Made by a program: the position numbers and the translations under genes | Source of the DNA: an uncultured Verrucomicrobiae bacterium | GTDB lineage: Bacteria; Verrucomicrobiota; Verrucomicrobiia; Limisphaerales; Palsa-1400 | NCBI GenBank assembly: GCA_963702845.1 | Contig: OY969763.1 | Coordinates: forward strand, 3,552,001-3,616,000 | DNA: 64,000 nt | Reading direction: 5' to 3' | The notes under the pieces: model-generated | What the model was told of the DNA's origin: nothing | Databases searched by the model: none | Seen by the model: the letters and a program-made list of their open reading frames with translations, nothing else | In this document: piece by piece, positions 45,709 to 55,478 of the stretch | Numbering within the stretch: the stretch's first letter is position 1 | Layout of the letters: each line of letters opens with the position of its first letter

Positions 45709-46713
45709 ATGAATCAGAAACCTCATGTAGCAGTTGTCGGCGCCACAGGCGCTGTTGGTATCGAAATGATCAAAACGCTGGAGAAGCGAAACTTCCCGGT
45801 CGGCAAATTGACCTTGCTCGCGTCCGCGCGCTCGGTCGGCAAGACGCTGACTTATCGTGGCCAGACTCATGACCGTCCAGGAACTGACTAAAGATTCTTT
45901 TGCAGGAATCGACATCGCACTGTTCAGCGCCGGTGGAAGTATTTCGAAGGAATACGCGCCCATCGCGGCGAAAGCCGGTTGTGTGGTCGTCGACAATTCC
46001 AGCGCATTTCGCATGGACGATTCCGTGCCGCTGGTTGTTCCCGAAATCAACGCCTCGGATATCAAAGGGCACAAGAACATCATCGCGAATCCGAACTGCA
46101 CTACGGCAATCACATTGATGGCCCTGTATCCGCTGCACAAGGCTTTCGGGGTGAAGCGCATTTTTGCGTCGAGCTACCAAGCCGTTTCCGGCACCGGCGC
46201 GAAAGCAATTGAAGAATTAAAGCGCCAGGTCGAACAAGTCGTTTCTGGCCAACCGGTGACGAAAGAAGTTTATCCGCACCAAATCGCGTTCAACGTTTTG
46301 CCGCACGTCGATGTGTTCCTCCCGAGTGGTTACACCAAGGAAGAACAGAAGATGGAAAACGAAGGTCGCAAGATCATGCATCACCCGGGATTCCGCGCGA
46401 GCGTGACTTGCGTGCGTGTCCCAGTTTATCGCGCGCACTCAATCTCGGTCAGCGCGGAGTTCGAAAAGCCAGTCACCGTGGAAGCCGCTCGCGCAATTCT
46501 CGCAAAGCGCCCGGCCTCGACGTGGTGGATGATCCGGAGAAAAAGGAATATCCCCTGCCCCTCTACGCGGCTGAGAAATATAATTGTCAGGTTGGTCGTT
46601 TGCGTAAAGACTCTGCCCTCGATAATGGCTTGTGCTTCTGGGTCGCCGGCGATCAGTTGCTCAAGGGCGCGGCGCTCAATGCAGTGCAGATTGCGGAAGA
46701 GTTGTTGAAGTAA
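45709..46713 (+). CDS. asd: Aspartate-semialdehyde dehydrogenase (frameshifts near 45870 and 46510)
   Basis: [54 protein letters not shown]. Confidence 0.95.
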
Positions 46714-46725
46714 AATTGTTAAAAG

Positions 46726-46762
46726 AAAAAGCGCGAGCGCTAGTAACGCTCGCGCTTTTTTT
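46726..46762. terminator. Bidirectional intrinsic terminator
   Basis: AAAAAGCGCGAGCG-CTAGTAA-CGCTCGCGCTTTTTTT between convergent genes. Confidence 0.9.
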
Positions 46763-46772
46763 GTGACTCAAG

Positions 46773-47592
46773 TTAGAAACTGGCCGTCGCGGCGGTGTTG
46801 CCACTGGTATCGGTTAGCGTCACCTGATTAACATCGCGCAGGCTAACATTCCGCAAATTCCTCAACACAGTGCTGCCAGATTTCGTCGTCGTTACCATTC
46901 CAGACGGCTGATCGTTGACAGTGACATTGAGCACGGTGTTCGTTGGCAAGTTACTGCCGGTAACTACTAGTGCGCCGGAAACAGTATTATTGACTGCAAC
47001 GACACTTAGACTCGCGCTGCCGGTCGCGTGTGGCGAAACGTGCCGGGCGACAACTTCACATTCGCGCGCATCGACGACAAACGAGCCTTTGGCAAGATTC
47101 ACCAGGTCGCCGATGAGATCGGTCGTACCATTCGAATCAGACACTGTGATTTGCGCCATGTCCATCGGGTCAGCGGCATCGGAAAATTTGAAGTGATTGG
47201 CGGAATGGAACCGACCGCGGCCTTTGCCGTGTTCATCGCCTTTTCCCTGCGAATGAGGATGGCCGACGGTAATACTTCCAACAGTTATAGATTCGCCACT
47301 GGATTTGAGCACGGCGGCAACGCTGTAATCACCTTCTGACGAGGCCAAAGGTTTCAATTTCCATCTGCGAATAGTTTGTGCCGTTGCGATTTTGTGCCTG
47401 CAGATTCAGTTGCCCGCTCGCGCCCGGAGCGTTGTCCATTGACGTAAGTTTGATGTGGGCGTTGAAAGTTTCCTGGCCATGGATGTGACCACCTTGTTTG
47501 TGATCGTTTTCTCCATCGTCAGCCGATGCAATTTGCGTGAATGTAAGTGAAGCGACAAGCCCGAGTGTGGAACCAATAAACCCTAACCTCAT
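46773..47592 (-). CDS. Secreted hypothetical beta-rich protein with His/Gly-rich loops (frameshifted)
   Basis: Signal peptide MRLGFIGSTLGLVASLTFTQIASA. ORFs 47329-47721 and 46773-47357 join near 47340. Confidence 0.65.
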
Positions 47593-47662
47593 ACGCCATG
47601 ACGTTCGCTCGCCAGCAGGCGTCTGACAAGTGAACAGGCGCAAAGTATAAGATGAAATAATG

Positions 47663-48073
47663 CTACTTCGGCTGTGTCGTTTTTGCGCTGACGCTGGTGA
47701 TGTGCGCCACTTTGGTCGCATCCATCACTTTGATGATCCGACCAAAGGGAGCGTCGGTATCTGCGCTAATATAGACTGTCACTTTCGGATCGCCCTTTGC
47801 GGCTTCGGTCAGTGCGTTTTGCAATTGGTCCATCGTCACGGGATCTTTGTGCAAATAAACCGTGCCTTGCTTGTCGATGAAAACATCCAAAGCCTTGTCT
47901 TCGGTCGCGCCGGCCTTTTGCTGTTTGGACTCGGGTAACGACAGTTTAATCGCGGGCTGCTGCCGAACCGTCGTCGTGACGATCAGGAAGATGAGCACGA
48001 CAATCAGGACGTCGATCAGCGAGATGATGATTACGCTGGGGGCGTTTCTTCGTCGTGGTGGTGCAAATTGCAT
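47663..48073 (-). CDS. exbD: ExbD/TolR biopolymer transport protein
   Basis: ISLIDVLIVVLIFLIVTT (TM with conserved Asp), LSLPES, ISADTDAPFGRIIKVMD. Confidence 0.88.
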   Translation of the reverse strand: MQFAPPRRRNAPSVIIISLIDVLIVVLIFLIVTTTVRQQPAIKLSLPESKQQKAGATEDKALDVFIDKQGTVYLHKDPVTMDQLQNALTEAAKGDPKVTVYISADTDAPFGRIIKVMDATKVAHITSVSAKTTQPK

Positions 48074-48110
48074 TGGCGCGGTCTCAAGGTATGAAGCGGC
48101 TGATGCCTCG

Positions 48111-50429
48111 TCAATTCTTGCCTGATGCCGGCACCATATAAACGCGGTCGATATAAATGGCTTTGATATGTTTGTCGCCGGACGGCGCAATCCAAATGTC
48201 GCGATCGGGATCTGTTTTAACCGTTCCAATTAGATGCGGATGGTAGCCATCGCCGAGTTCTTTAACTTTGGGTGTGATGGTCGCGACGAATTCCTTGTTC
48301 GTATTACCATAAACGCCAGCAGAAAAAGCGGCGGTGTCGGGCGAGCATTGGTCATTCGTCTCGACGCGCGCGATGACATAAACCTGCCATTTTCCATGTT
48401 GCGCGCGTTTCGGAAGCTGCGTTCCGGCAATCCGGAAGGCCCATTCCTGATGCGTGCCCGGCATCCAGACGGCGCGCAGGTCAGAGGCACTCGGATCGAA
48501 CCGGATCTCCGAGTATTCACCGGGCTTGTAACAGACAGCGCTATTGTCCTGCAAATCGATTGCATGATGCGGGTTTGGCAGATCTTTGGGTGGACGCGGA
48601 TTCCAAATGCGCTTAGGCGGTTCCGGCCCGAGGTCGGGCGGGTCTTTTTGGAAATCGGCAAGGAATTGGGAGACTTGTTTGCCGCGTTCACTGACTACAC
48701 GAACAACGGTCCAATCTTTGCCCGGAACGCCATCGCAGGTTTTTGCGAATTCGTCGGCGACGGTTTTGCGCGCTGTCGGCAATGGCCATTTGCCGTTTTT
48801 CTCCCAACATTCGTGCCGCAGCTTTTGCCAGTTATCGAGCCAGACAAATAAAACAGGCAGATGCGCGATCTTAACGCGCGCAAGTTTGTCGGGATCATTG
48901 GCGGCGGCGCGTTCGGCCGCTTGCCAGAGCAGTTCGGCTTTCGTTAATGGCGCGAACTTGGTGAAAGGCGGCTCTTTGCGGAGATAACAGGCCAGGAAGT
49001 AACTCTTCGAGTCCTCGTGCAGAAATTGTAGATAATCGTAGACGTATTTTGCGGCGGGCTTGCCGTAATAACCGTCGAGGAATTCGCGAATCAATTTTTT
49101 ATCGTCCTGTTTCGGATTCCACATGAGCTGTGCGAGAACCCAGGCGCGGAGTTCGGCCATTTCGTGACCTTGACCGGCATACGCGCCCTCGGAGAAGAAA
49201 CCTTTGACATTGTTTTGCTGGAAAATGCGAGCGTCGTCACCCATCACAAACCAATTCGGGTGCGGATAGAGGTAATGGCTAAAATCGGTTGTGTAATCCC
49301 AGACGTAAAGGTGATCGCAAATTTTGGACCAGGCTTTGAGATCGTCGAGGAAATCGGCGTTTGATTTGTCGGTGAACGGCTCGCGGAAATTACATTCGAT
49401 GGAGCAGAGGCGAACTGTGACGTTTTTGCGCGGGCGAATGTTTTTGGGCGCGTGCCGGGTGTATTGATAGGCAAACGTATCCACGAGCACGTTTGGAAAT
49501 TCGGGTTCGATTTGCTCGGCGACGTAGTTGACGAAATCGATCATGGTGCCGGCGTGACTGCCTTCGGCATCGTCGATGGCTTTGCAGTTCGGACATTCGC
49601 ACCAACCGAAGTTGTCATTTTGGGTAACGGAAATAATTTGGTCGTCAGGCGATTCGCGGAGCGATTCTTTGACGCGTTGCACCATGTATTTGCGGAGCTC
49701 TCGGTTGGTCAGGCAAAGCTGGGCGGCTTCGTGAGTGCGCTTGCCCTTGACGAGGCTGAACCATTCGGGATGTTCCTTGAAATGGTTCTCCGGCGAGACG
49801 AGTGGGTAAAAAGTATGGCAAAAGCCTTTATATTTGATGCAGCCGCCGAGGTCTTCGGGAACGATCCAGCTTTCGTTGTTTACGCAGTTGTGTGCTTTCC
49901 AATGCGGTTCGAAACCAGGATACCAATAAGGCCCGCGATATTCGAATGCCGGCGTTTCGTTGATATTGAGACTGCTGATTTTCAATGTCGGCTTTTGTGG
50001 AAGATTCGTCGCCCATGGCGTCCACCAACGCACGCCGCATTGTTCCTGAAGAAAGCGATTCACTGCATACATCGTCCCGCGCGGACGTCTACCGGCGAGT
50101 AACAGCTTGTTGCCTTTCACCTTCATGATGAGTTCTTCGGGGCCAAACTGGTCGAGTTTCACGTCGGGAAAATATTTTGCAGCGAGCGCGCCGGGACCGA
50201 CAATGATCGCGGGTTTATCAGACACGTCCGACGATACTTCGAATTGGGCGCCGGTCATTTCGTGCAAGGTGTGTGCGAGGTCCTTTACAGCATTCGATTC
50301 GGTTGCGGTGGCGTTGGGCTGTTGAACGAGAATGCAACTGGCCTTGCCGCTTTGGGAAATTTTGAATGCGGCGGACGCAGACAAACAAAGGGTTAGCAGA
50401 GCCACGAAAACGAACGCATGGACTTTCAT
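48111..50429 (-). CDS. Secreted DUF4838-domain protein (glycoside-hydrolase-like)
   Basis: Signal peptide, RGTMYAVNRFLQEQCGVRWW, PAFEYR, HPEWF, QLCLTN, QNDN..WCECPNC, FAYQYT, LYVWDY. Confidence 0.82.
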   Translation of the reverse strand: MKVHAFVFVALLTLCLSASAAFKISQSGKASCILVQQPNATATESNAVKDLAHTLHEMTGAQFEVSSDVSDKPAIIVGPGALAAKYFPDVKLDQFGPEELIMKVKGNKLLLAGRRPRGTMYAVNRFLQEQCGVRWWTPWATNLPQKPTLKISSLNINETPAFEYRGPYWYPGFEPHWKAHNCVNNESWIVPEDLGGCIKYKGFCHTFYPLVSPENHFKEHPEWFSLVKGKRTHEAAQLCLTNRELRKYMVQRVKESLRESPDDQIISVTQNDNFGWCECPNCKAIDDAEGSHAGTMIDFVNYVAEQIEPEFPNVLVDTFAYQYTRHAPKNIRPRKNVTVRLCSIECNFREPFTDKSNADFLDDLKAWSKICDHLYVWDYTTDFSHYLYPHPNWFVMGDDARIFQQNNVKGFFSEGAYAGQGHEMAELRAWVLAQLMWNPKQDDKKLIREFLDGYYGKPAAKYVYDYLQFLHEDSKSYFLACYLRKEPPFTKFAPLTKAELLWQAAERAAANDPDKLARVKIAHLPVLFVWLDNWQKLRHECWEKNGKWPLPTARKTVADEFAKTCDGVPGKDWTVVRVVSERGKQVSQFLADFQKDPPDLGPEPPKRIWNPRPPKDLPNPHHAIDLQDNSAVCYKPGEYSEIRFDPSASDLRAVWMPGTHQEWAFRIAGTQLPKRAQHGKWQVYVIARVETNDQCSPDTAAFSAGVYGNTNKEFVATITPKVKELGDGYHPHLIGTVKTDPDRDIWIAPSGDKHIKAIYIDRVYMVPASGKN

Positions 50430-50596
50430 TGAGTGCATAATTGACGGTCGATTCTACAGTTAAATTCGAACTTCGACGGTACTTAATACGTCCCTCATTC
50501 GATTCAAAAAAAACTTGTAATGCTTCCCCCTACGGATATAACTATCGCATATCAACCCCCAAACGCTTTCGGTCACGTCACCGGAAACCATGTGCC

Positions 50597-53146
50597 ATGA
50601 GTCGGTTTTTAATTTTTTGGGTTACCGCGATGTTATTGACTGAGCGTGCCTCGGCCCAGTTGATTACTAATCTCGCGTCATTCACTGGCGCGAATGGCGC
50701 ACAGCCGATTGCAACCCTTGTCCAGGCAACCGACGGCAATTTTTACGGGACCACCACGAATCGTGGCGCTTCAGGTTTCGGAACAGTTTTCAAAATGACC
50801 CCGGCTGGGACGCTGAGCGCACTCGTTTCGTTCAACAGCAATAACGGTGCGTATCCGCTCTCAGGTGTGATTCAGGGGACCAACGGCGATCTGTTCGGCA
50901 CAACGCGGGATGGCGGTGCGGGAGCAGTCGGAACAGTTTTCAAAGTGACGCTCGGCGGCGCGTTGACGACACTCTATTCATTTCACGACACCGACGGCGC
51001 GCATCCATACGGCGGCCTCGTCCAGGGAAGTGACGGCAACTTTTACGGCACTACATTCGATGGCGGCAACTTGCATCTCGGCACAATTTTCAAAATCACC
51101 GCTAATGGCACATTGACCAGTCTCGCCGAATTTGGACAAACCAACGGTGCCAATCCAACGGCTTCGTTAATTCAAGCGAGCGCCGGCAGTTTTTACGGAA
51201 CCACTTCGTCGGGTGGAAATCTCACGACAAATGGCATCACGTATTTATACGGTACGGTGTTCAACTTCAGCGGCGGAACAATCACCACTCTGAATTCGTT
51301 CGGCCCCGACAACGGAGCGCTTCCCTACTCTGCTGTCGCACACGGTAACGATAATAATTTTTATGGGACCACCATCGGCCCCGGCTCCGGCACAGCGTTC
51401 AAAATGCAATCTGACGGAACATTGACGTCCACGGCACTCAACCCCGACGGCGATCAACCCTTCGGCACTCTGATGCAAGCGAACGACGGAAATTTCTACG
51501 GCACTACGCGACAGACGATCTTCCAACTGACGCCGGGAGGAACGGTCACAACCATTGCGAACATCGCCGGCGTCAGCTCGTCCGGGCTGATTCAGGCTGC
51601 GGACGGAAACTTTTACGGGACGACCGCTTTCGGTGGGAACCAAAGCACCGGCTCAGTTTTCCGTGTCGTGCCGCGGCCGCAGTTTGCGACGCAACCGGCC
51701 AGCCAAACCGTTTACAGCAACGCGAACGTAGTCTTGACCGCGTCGGCCACCGGCATCGCACCCTTGAATTATCAGTGGCGCAAGAACGGCGCAGATATTC
51801 CGGGCGCAACCGTCTCGTCCTTCACACTGACGAGCGCGCAGCAGTCCGACTCCGGGACTTACACGGTCGCGGTGACGAATGGCTTTGGCAGTTCCAACAG
51901 CGTCGCCGCAGTTGTATCCGTGCTTCCGCCAACGATCGTTCGTTTTCAAAATGCAATACACAATACAGACGGCAGCATCGGCATCGCGTGGTCGGCTGAT
52001 GTGGGCACCGGTTACGATCTGCAATTTAAGAGCAGCCTGACGAACACGCTGTGGTCGACCGTGTCCTCATACACGGCGAGCTCAAATACACTCGCGTTGA
52101 ACATCACACCGGGGGCAAACGCCCAAGGCTTCTACCGCGTTTCGTCGTTTTACAACGTCAGCGATCCGATTGGCTTCGTGCAACTGACGTTGCTCAGCAA
52201 CTCGGATTCGTATGTTTCGGTTCCTTTCCTTCGCCCTGCCGCGGCGACGGCACTCGTGAATTCCATCTCGAGCAATGTTGTTACAGTGACGCAACAATAT
52301 CCTGCGACATGGACGGCGAATCAGTTCGTCTATTCGGCAGGCACGCAATCTAACAACTACTACTTGCGTTTCACATCCGGTGGGTCGGAGGGTCGCACAT
52401 TTACGATCACTGCGAACACATCGAGTTCCGTAACGCTCAACCTCAACGGCAATTCTCTAGCGGGAGTTGCTGCCAGCGATTCATTCGCCATCGAACCTTA
52501 CTGGACGCTCAATTCCGTGTTCCCAAACGGCGCTGGCGTCAATGTTTCGCCGACGGTTGGAAATCGAAATACAGAAATTCTAATTCCCGATTTTATTACC
52601 GCCGGAATCAACCTGAGCGCAGCGAAAATTTATTTCTTCAATGCCGGCATTTGGAAACAAACCGGCCAAGGTGGCATCGATCATGGGGACGACATCCTCC
52701 AACTGAACGCGCCGTTGATCGTACGGCACAATGTCTCCACAAACACCACTTTGGTTTGTGCGGGTTCGGTGCCGTTACATCATTGGAACATTCCACTCAG
52801 AACTCCCGGCGGTTCTGCAGGCGATAAACAGGACAGCTATTTTGCCATCGCACGTCCAATTCCGGTTTCACTGGACGATTCCGGCTTATTCTCGAGCGGT
52901 GCGTTTGCCGCCAGTCCCCTGCCCGGCTCGCGCACGGACGAACTGTTCACATTCGACAACAGTGTGGTCGCGAAAAACAAATCGTCTTCCGCAATTTATT
53001 TTTATTGGAACAGCGCCTGGCGTCGAGTCGGCGCGGGCAGCGCCGTATTTGGCGACACACAAGTCTTTATGCCCGGGACAGGCGTAATCATTCGGAAAGG
53101 AACCAACATTGTCACACCCATTTGGACCAACACTCCGACGTACTGA
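50597..53146 (+). CDS. Secreted protein: GloVer-type tandem repeats + Ig domain + sorting-like module + TIGR02597-like domain
   Basis: About 8 repeats of LVQ.DGNFYGTT..GG..GTVFK; QPASQTV..YQWRKNG..DSGTYTV; then SDPIGFV..VSVPFLRP..PYWTLNSVFP. Confidence 0.8.
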   Translation: MSRFLIFWVTAMLLTERASAQLITNLASFTGANGAQPIATLVQATDGNFYGTTTNRGASGFGTVFKMTPAGTLSALVSFNSNNGAYPLSGVIQGTNGDLFGTTRDGGAGAVGTVFKVTLGGALTTLYSFHDTDGAHPYGGLVQGSDGNFYGTTFDGGNLHLGTIFKITANGTLTSLAEFGQTNGANPTASLIQASAGSFYGTTSSGGNLTTNGITYLYGTVFNFSGGTITTLNSFGPDNGALPYSAVAHGNDNNFYGTTIGPGSGTAFKMQSDGTLTSTALNPDGDQPFGTLMQANDGNFYGTTRQTIFQLTPGGTVTTIANIAGVSSSGLIQAADGNFYGTTAFGGNQSTGSVFRVVPRPQFATQPASQTVYSNANVVLTASATGIAPLNYQWRKNGADIPGATVSSFTLTSAQQSDSGTYTVAVTNGFGSSNSVAAVVSVLPPTIVRFQNAIHNTDGSIGIAWSADVGTGYDLQFKSSLTNTLWSTVSSYTASSNTLALNITPGANAQGFYRVSSFYNVSDPIGFVQLTLLSNSDSYVSVPFLRPAAATALVNSISSNVVTVTQQYPATWTANQFVYSAGTQSNNYYLRFTSGGSEGRTFTITANTSSSVTLNLNGNSLAGVAASDSFAIEPYWTLNSVFPNGAGVNVSPTVGNRNTEILIPDFITAGINLSAAKIYFFNAGIWKQTGQGGIDHGDDILQLNAPLIVRHNVSTNTTLVCAGSVPLHHWNIPLRTPGGSAGDKQDSYFAIARPIPVSLDDSGLFSSGAFAASPLPGSRTDELFTFDNSVVAKNKSSSAIYFYWNSAWRRVGAGSAVFGDTQVFMPGTGVIIRKGTNIVTPIWTNTPTY

Positions 53147-53267
53147 TGCGTTAAATATCCTGATGATTCGCGCGCTGAAACGTGAGCGTCGTGCCCGCAC
53201 GTTCATCGCCCCATCAGGGGAGTCCCTTATTGCTACTATAGGCAAACCTGATAATATCGACCACGTC

Positions 53268-55475
53268 ATGAAAAAACCCCGCGCCCATCGTGGAGGAACT
53301 TTACTGAAAAGCATCCTGCTGGTATTCCTGGTCACACTATTACCGAATCCACTGCGCGCGCAGTCGCCGGTAACCATTTACAACTTCAGCAAAGTTGGGT
53401 CGGTTAAAAATTTGCGCTTCCAACCATATCCCAGTGCGGCCGCGTATGCTTTCCTCGGTGGCACTAACATCGCGTTACTGACGCCCGATCCGAATTTCGT
53501 TTTGTCACCTTATCTGATCGGCACGGTAATCATCACCAATTCACCGAGCAACACCGTCACCTTAACCAATTTCGGCTACGAGTGGCGGACCACGAACAGT
53601 CTCCCGCTCAGTTTTTATCAGATCCAGGTTACGCCAATGAACAGCAATGCGGTGCTCTCCGCGCATTTGCTGAATCGGCTTTCCTACGGACCAACTCCCG
53701 ATGAACTCGATCGCGTCACCGCAATGGGTCCCGACGCGTTTATCAACGAGCAGTTGAATCCAGAGACCAACTCCGAAACGGCCGATTCATTGGCGAGCAT
53801 CGTGGCGCTCCAGAACAAACTTGCCGGCCCGACCAAAGTCATCGACCTCGCCCGCCAACTCCAAGCAGACACCAACGGCGTCGTCACCAACGTGATTTGC
53901 ACCAGCACGAACGCGACCATCGCCGACTTACGCGCCTGGCACACCTTGCGCGCCGTGAATGCGAAACGGCAGCTGACGGAGATTCTGCTGCAATTCTTTG
54001 AGAACCATTTCGTGACGCAGTACTCGAAATCCCAGACTTATTTTAATGGCAAATACAACGGTGACGACAACATCATGGAAGACCGCGTTTCAACCCAGTT
54101 GGAGTATCTTGAGAATCTGCGTTGGCGTCAGGCGCTACTGCAACCGAGTTGCACATTTTCAAACCTGCTGACCATCAGCGCCGAAAGCCTCGCGATGATC
54201 ATCTACCTCGACACCGTCACCAGCACGGGTAACGGCAACAATATCGCCAACGAAAACTATGCGCGCGAATTGCAGGAGCTGTTCTGTCTGGGCGTTGACA
54301 ATGGCTATGATCAAAACGATGTCACGACGATGTCGCGGGTGTGGAGCGGTTGGACTTCTGAAATCATCGATCCCGCTAACGTAGGCAATCGGTTCGCCAC
54401 ACAAACAACCAACGTCTATCCATTCGTCACGAATAATTTTTCGGCAATCTCCAACCTCTCTGGCGTTTGGAATTTTGTGTTCAAGTCCTCGACTCACAAC
54501 ACGAATTCCAAATACATCTATTTCGTCACCAACGGCACGGATGTAACGGCAAAGACCGTGCCGTCACGATTCGGCTCGCCGTGGGCTGGTCGTTCTTATG
54601 GTTTGGCCATCCCGTCGCGCGCAGGCACCAATGGGTTGCAAGATGGCTACGATGTCATCGCTCACCTGTCCAACTTGCCGTTCACGGAAGAGTATCTCTC
54701 GGTCAAACTTTGCAATTTGTTTGTGCATGACGGGTTCGCATTGGGATATGACTACACGGACCCAAATCTTTCGCCCGAAGGTCAGCTGGTCCACCAGTGC
54801 ATGCTCGCATGGGAAAACAGCAGTCCGAAAGGAAACATCCGCGCTGTCTTGAGCACGATTTTCAGCTCCGACCTTTTCCGCAGCCAGACAGCAATCATGG
54901 CAAAAGTGAAAACACCTATGGAGATGGTGGTCAGCACTGTGCGTTCGATTCGAATTTTTACGAACAACACCTACACGGCAGACACAGATGGTTATTCATT
55001 CAGCCTCCCGATGGATCGAATGGGCACGATGGACCTGTTTGATCGCAACGATCCCAATGGTTATCCCGAAGACGCCCAGGGTTGGATCAGCGGTGGCACG
55101 CTGGCGGAGCGCGTAAGATTTATTCAATCGTTCTGCATCGCCAGCGGCACGAGCGGTCACAGCGGCGCCCAAAGCGGCACCGGGAATGACGCAGCCAACT
55201 GCACGTGCAATCCCGTCGTCCTGATTAATTACAAAATGCCCTCCACGAATTGGTACAACGAATCTGCCATAGCTGATTACCTGTTGAAAATTCTATTCCC
55301 CACTGAAGGCGCCGGAAACCTGACACTCTACAAAGCCGCCACGGTTAATTATTTATCGACCGACGACAGCGGCAACGCTTCGTTATTAAATTCGTTGAGC
55401 GCCGCCAATTATGACACACGCATCCGCGGAGCTGTCGGGATGCTGATGAGCTTCGCACGTTTTCAGGAACAATAA
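53268..55475 (+). CDS. DUF1800 family protein with signal peptide and an extra N-terminal domain
   Basis: HLLNRLSYGP, FFENHFV, MIIYLD, NENYARELQELFCLGVDNGYDQNDV, KVKTP, PNGY. Confidence 0.9.
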   Translation: MKKPRAHRGGTLLKSILLVFLVTLLPNPLRAQSPVTIYNFSKVGSVKNLRFQPYPSAAAYAFLGGTNIALLTPDPNFVLSPYLIGTVIITNSPSNTVTLTNFGYEWRTTNSLPLSFYQIQVTPMNSNAVLSAHLLNRLSYGPTPDELDRVTAMGPDAFINEQLNPETNSETADSLASIVALQNKLAGPTKVIDLARQLQADTNGVVTNVICTSTNATIADLRAWHTLRAVNAKRQLTEILLQFFENHFVTQYSKSQTYFNGKYNGDDNIMEDRVSTQLEYLENLRWRQALLQPSCTFSNLLTISAESLAMIIYLDTVTSTGNGNNIANENYARELQELFCLGVDNGYDQNDVTTMSRVWSGWTSEIIDPANVGNRFATQTTNVYPFVTNNFSAISNLSGVWNFVFKSSTHNTNSKYIYFVTNGTDVTAKTVPSRFGSPWAGRSYGLAIPSRAGTNGLQDGYDVIAHLSNLPFTEEYLSVKLCNLFVHDGFALGYDYTDPNLSPEGQLVHQCMLAWENSSPKGNIRAVLSTIFSSDLFRSQTAIMAKVKTPMEMVVSTVRSIRIFTNNTYTADTDGYSFSLPMDRMGTMDLFDRNDPNGYPEDAQGWISGGTLAERVRFIQSFCIASGTSGHSGAQSGTGNDAANCTCNPVVLINYKMPSTNWYNESAIADYLLKILFPTEGAGNLTLYKAATVNYLSTDDSGNASLLNSLSAANYDTRIRGAVGMLMSFARFQEQ

Positions 55476-55478
55476 GCC

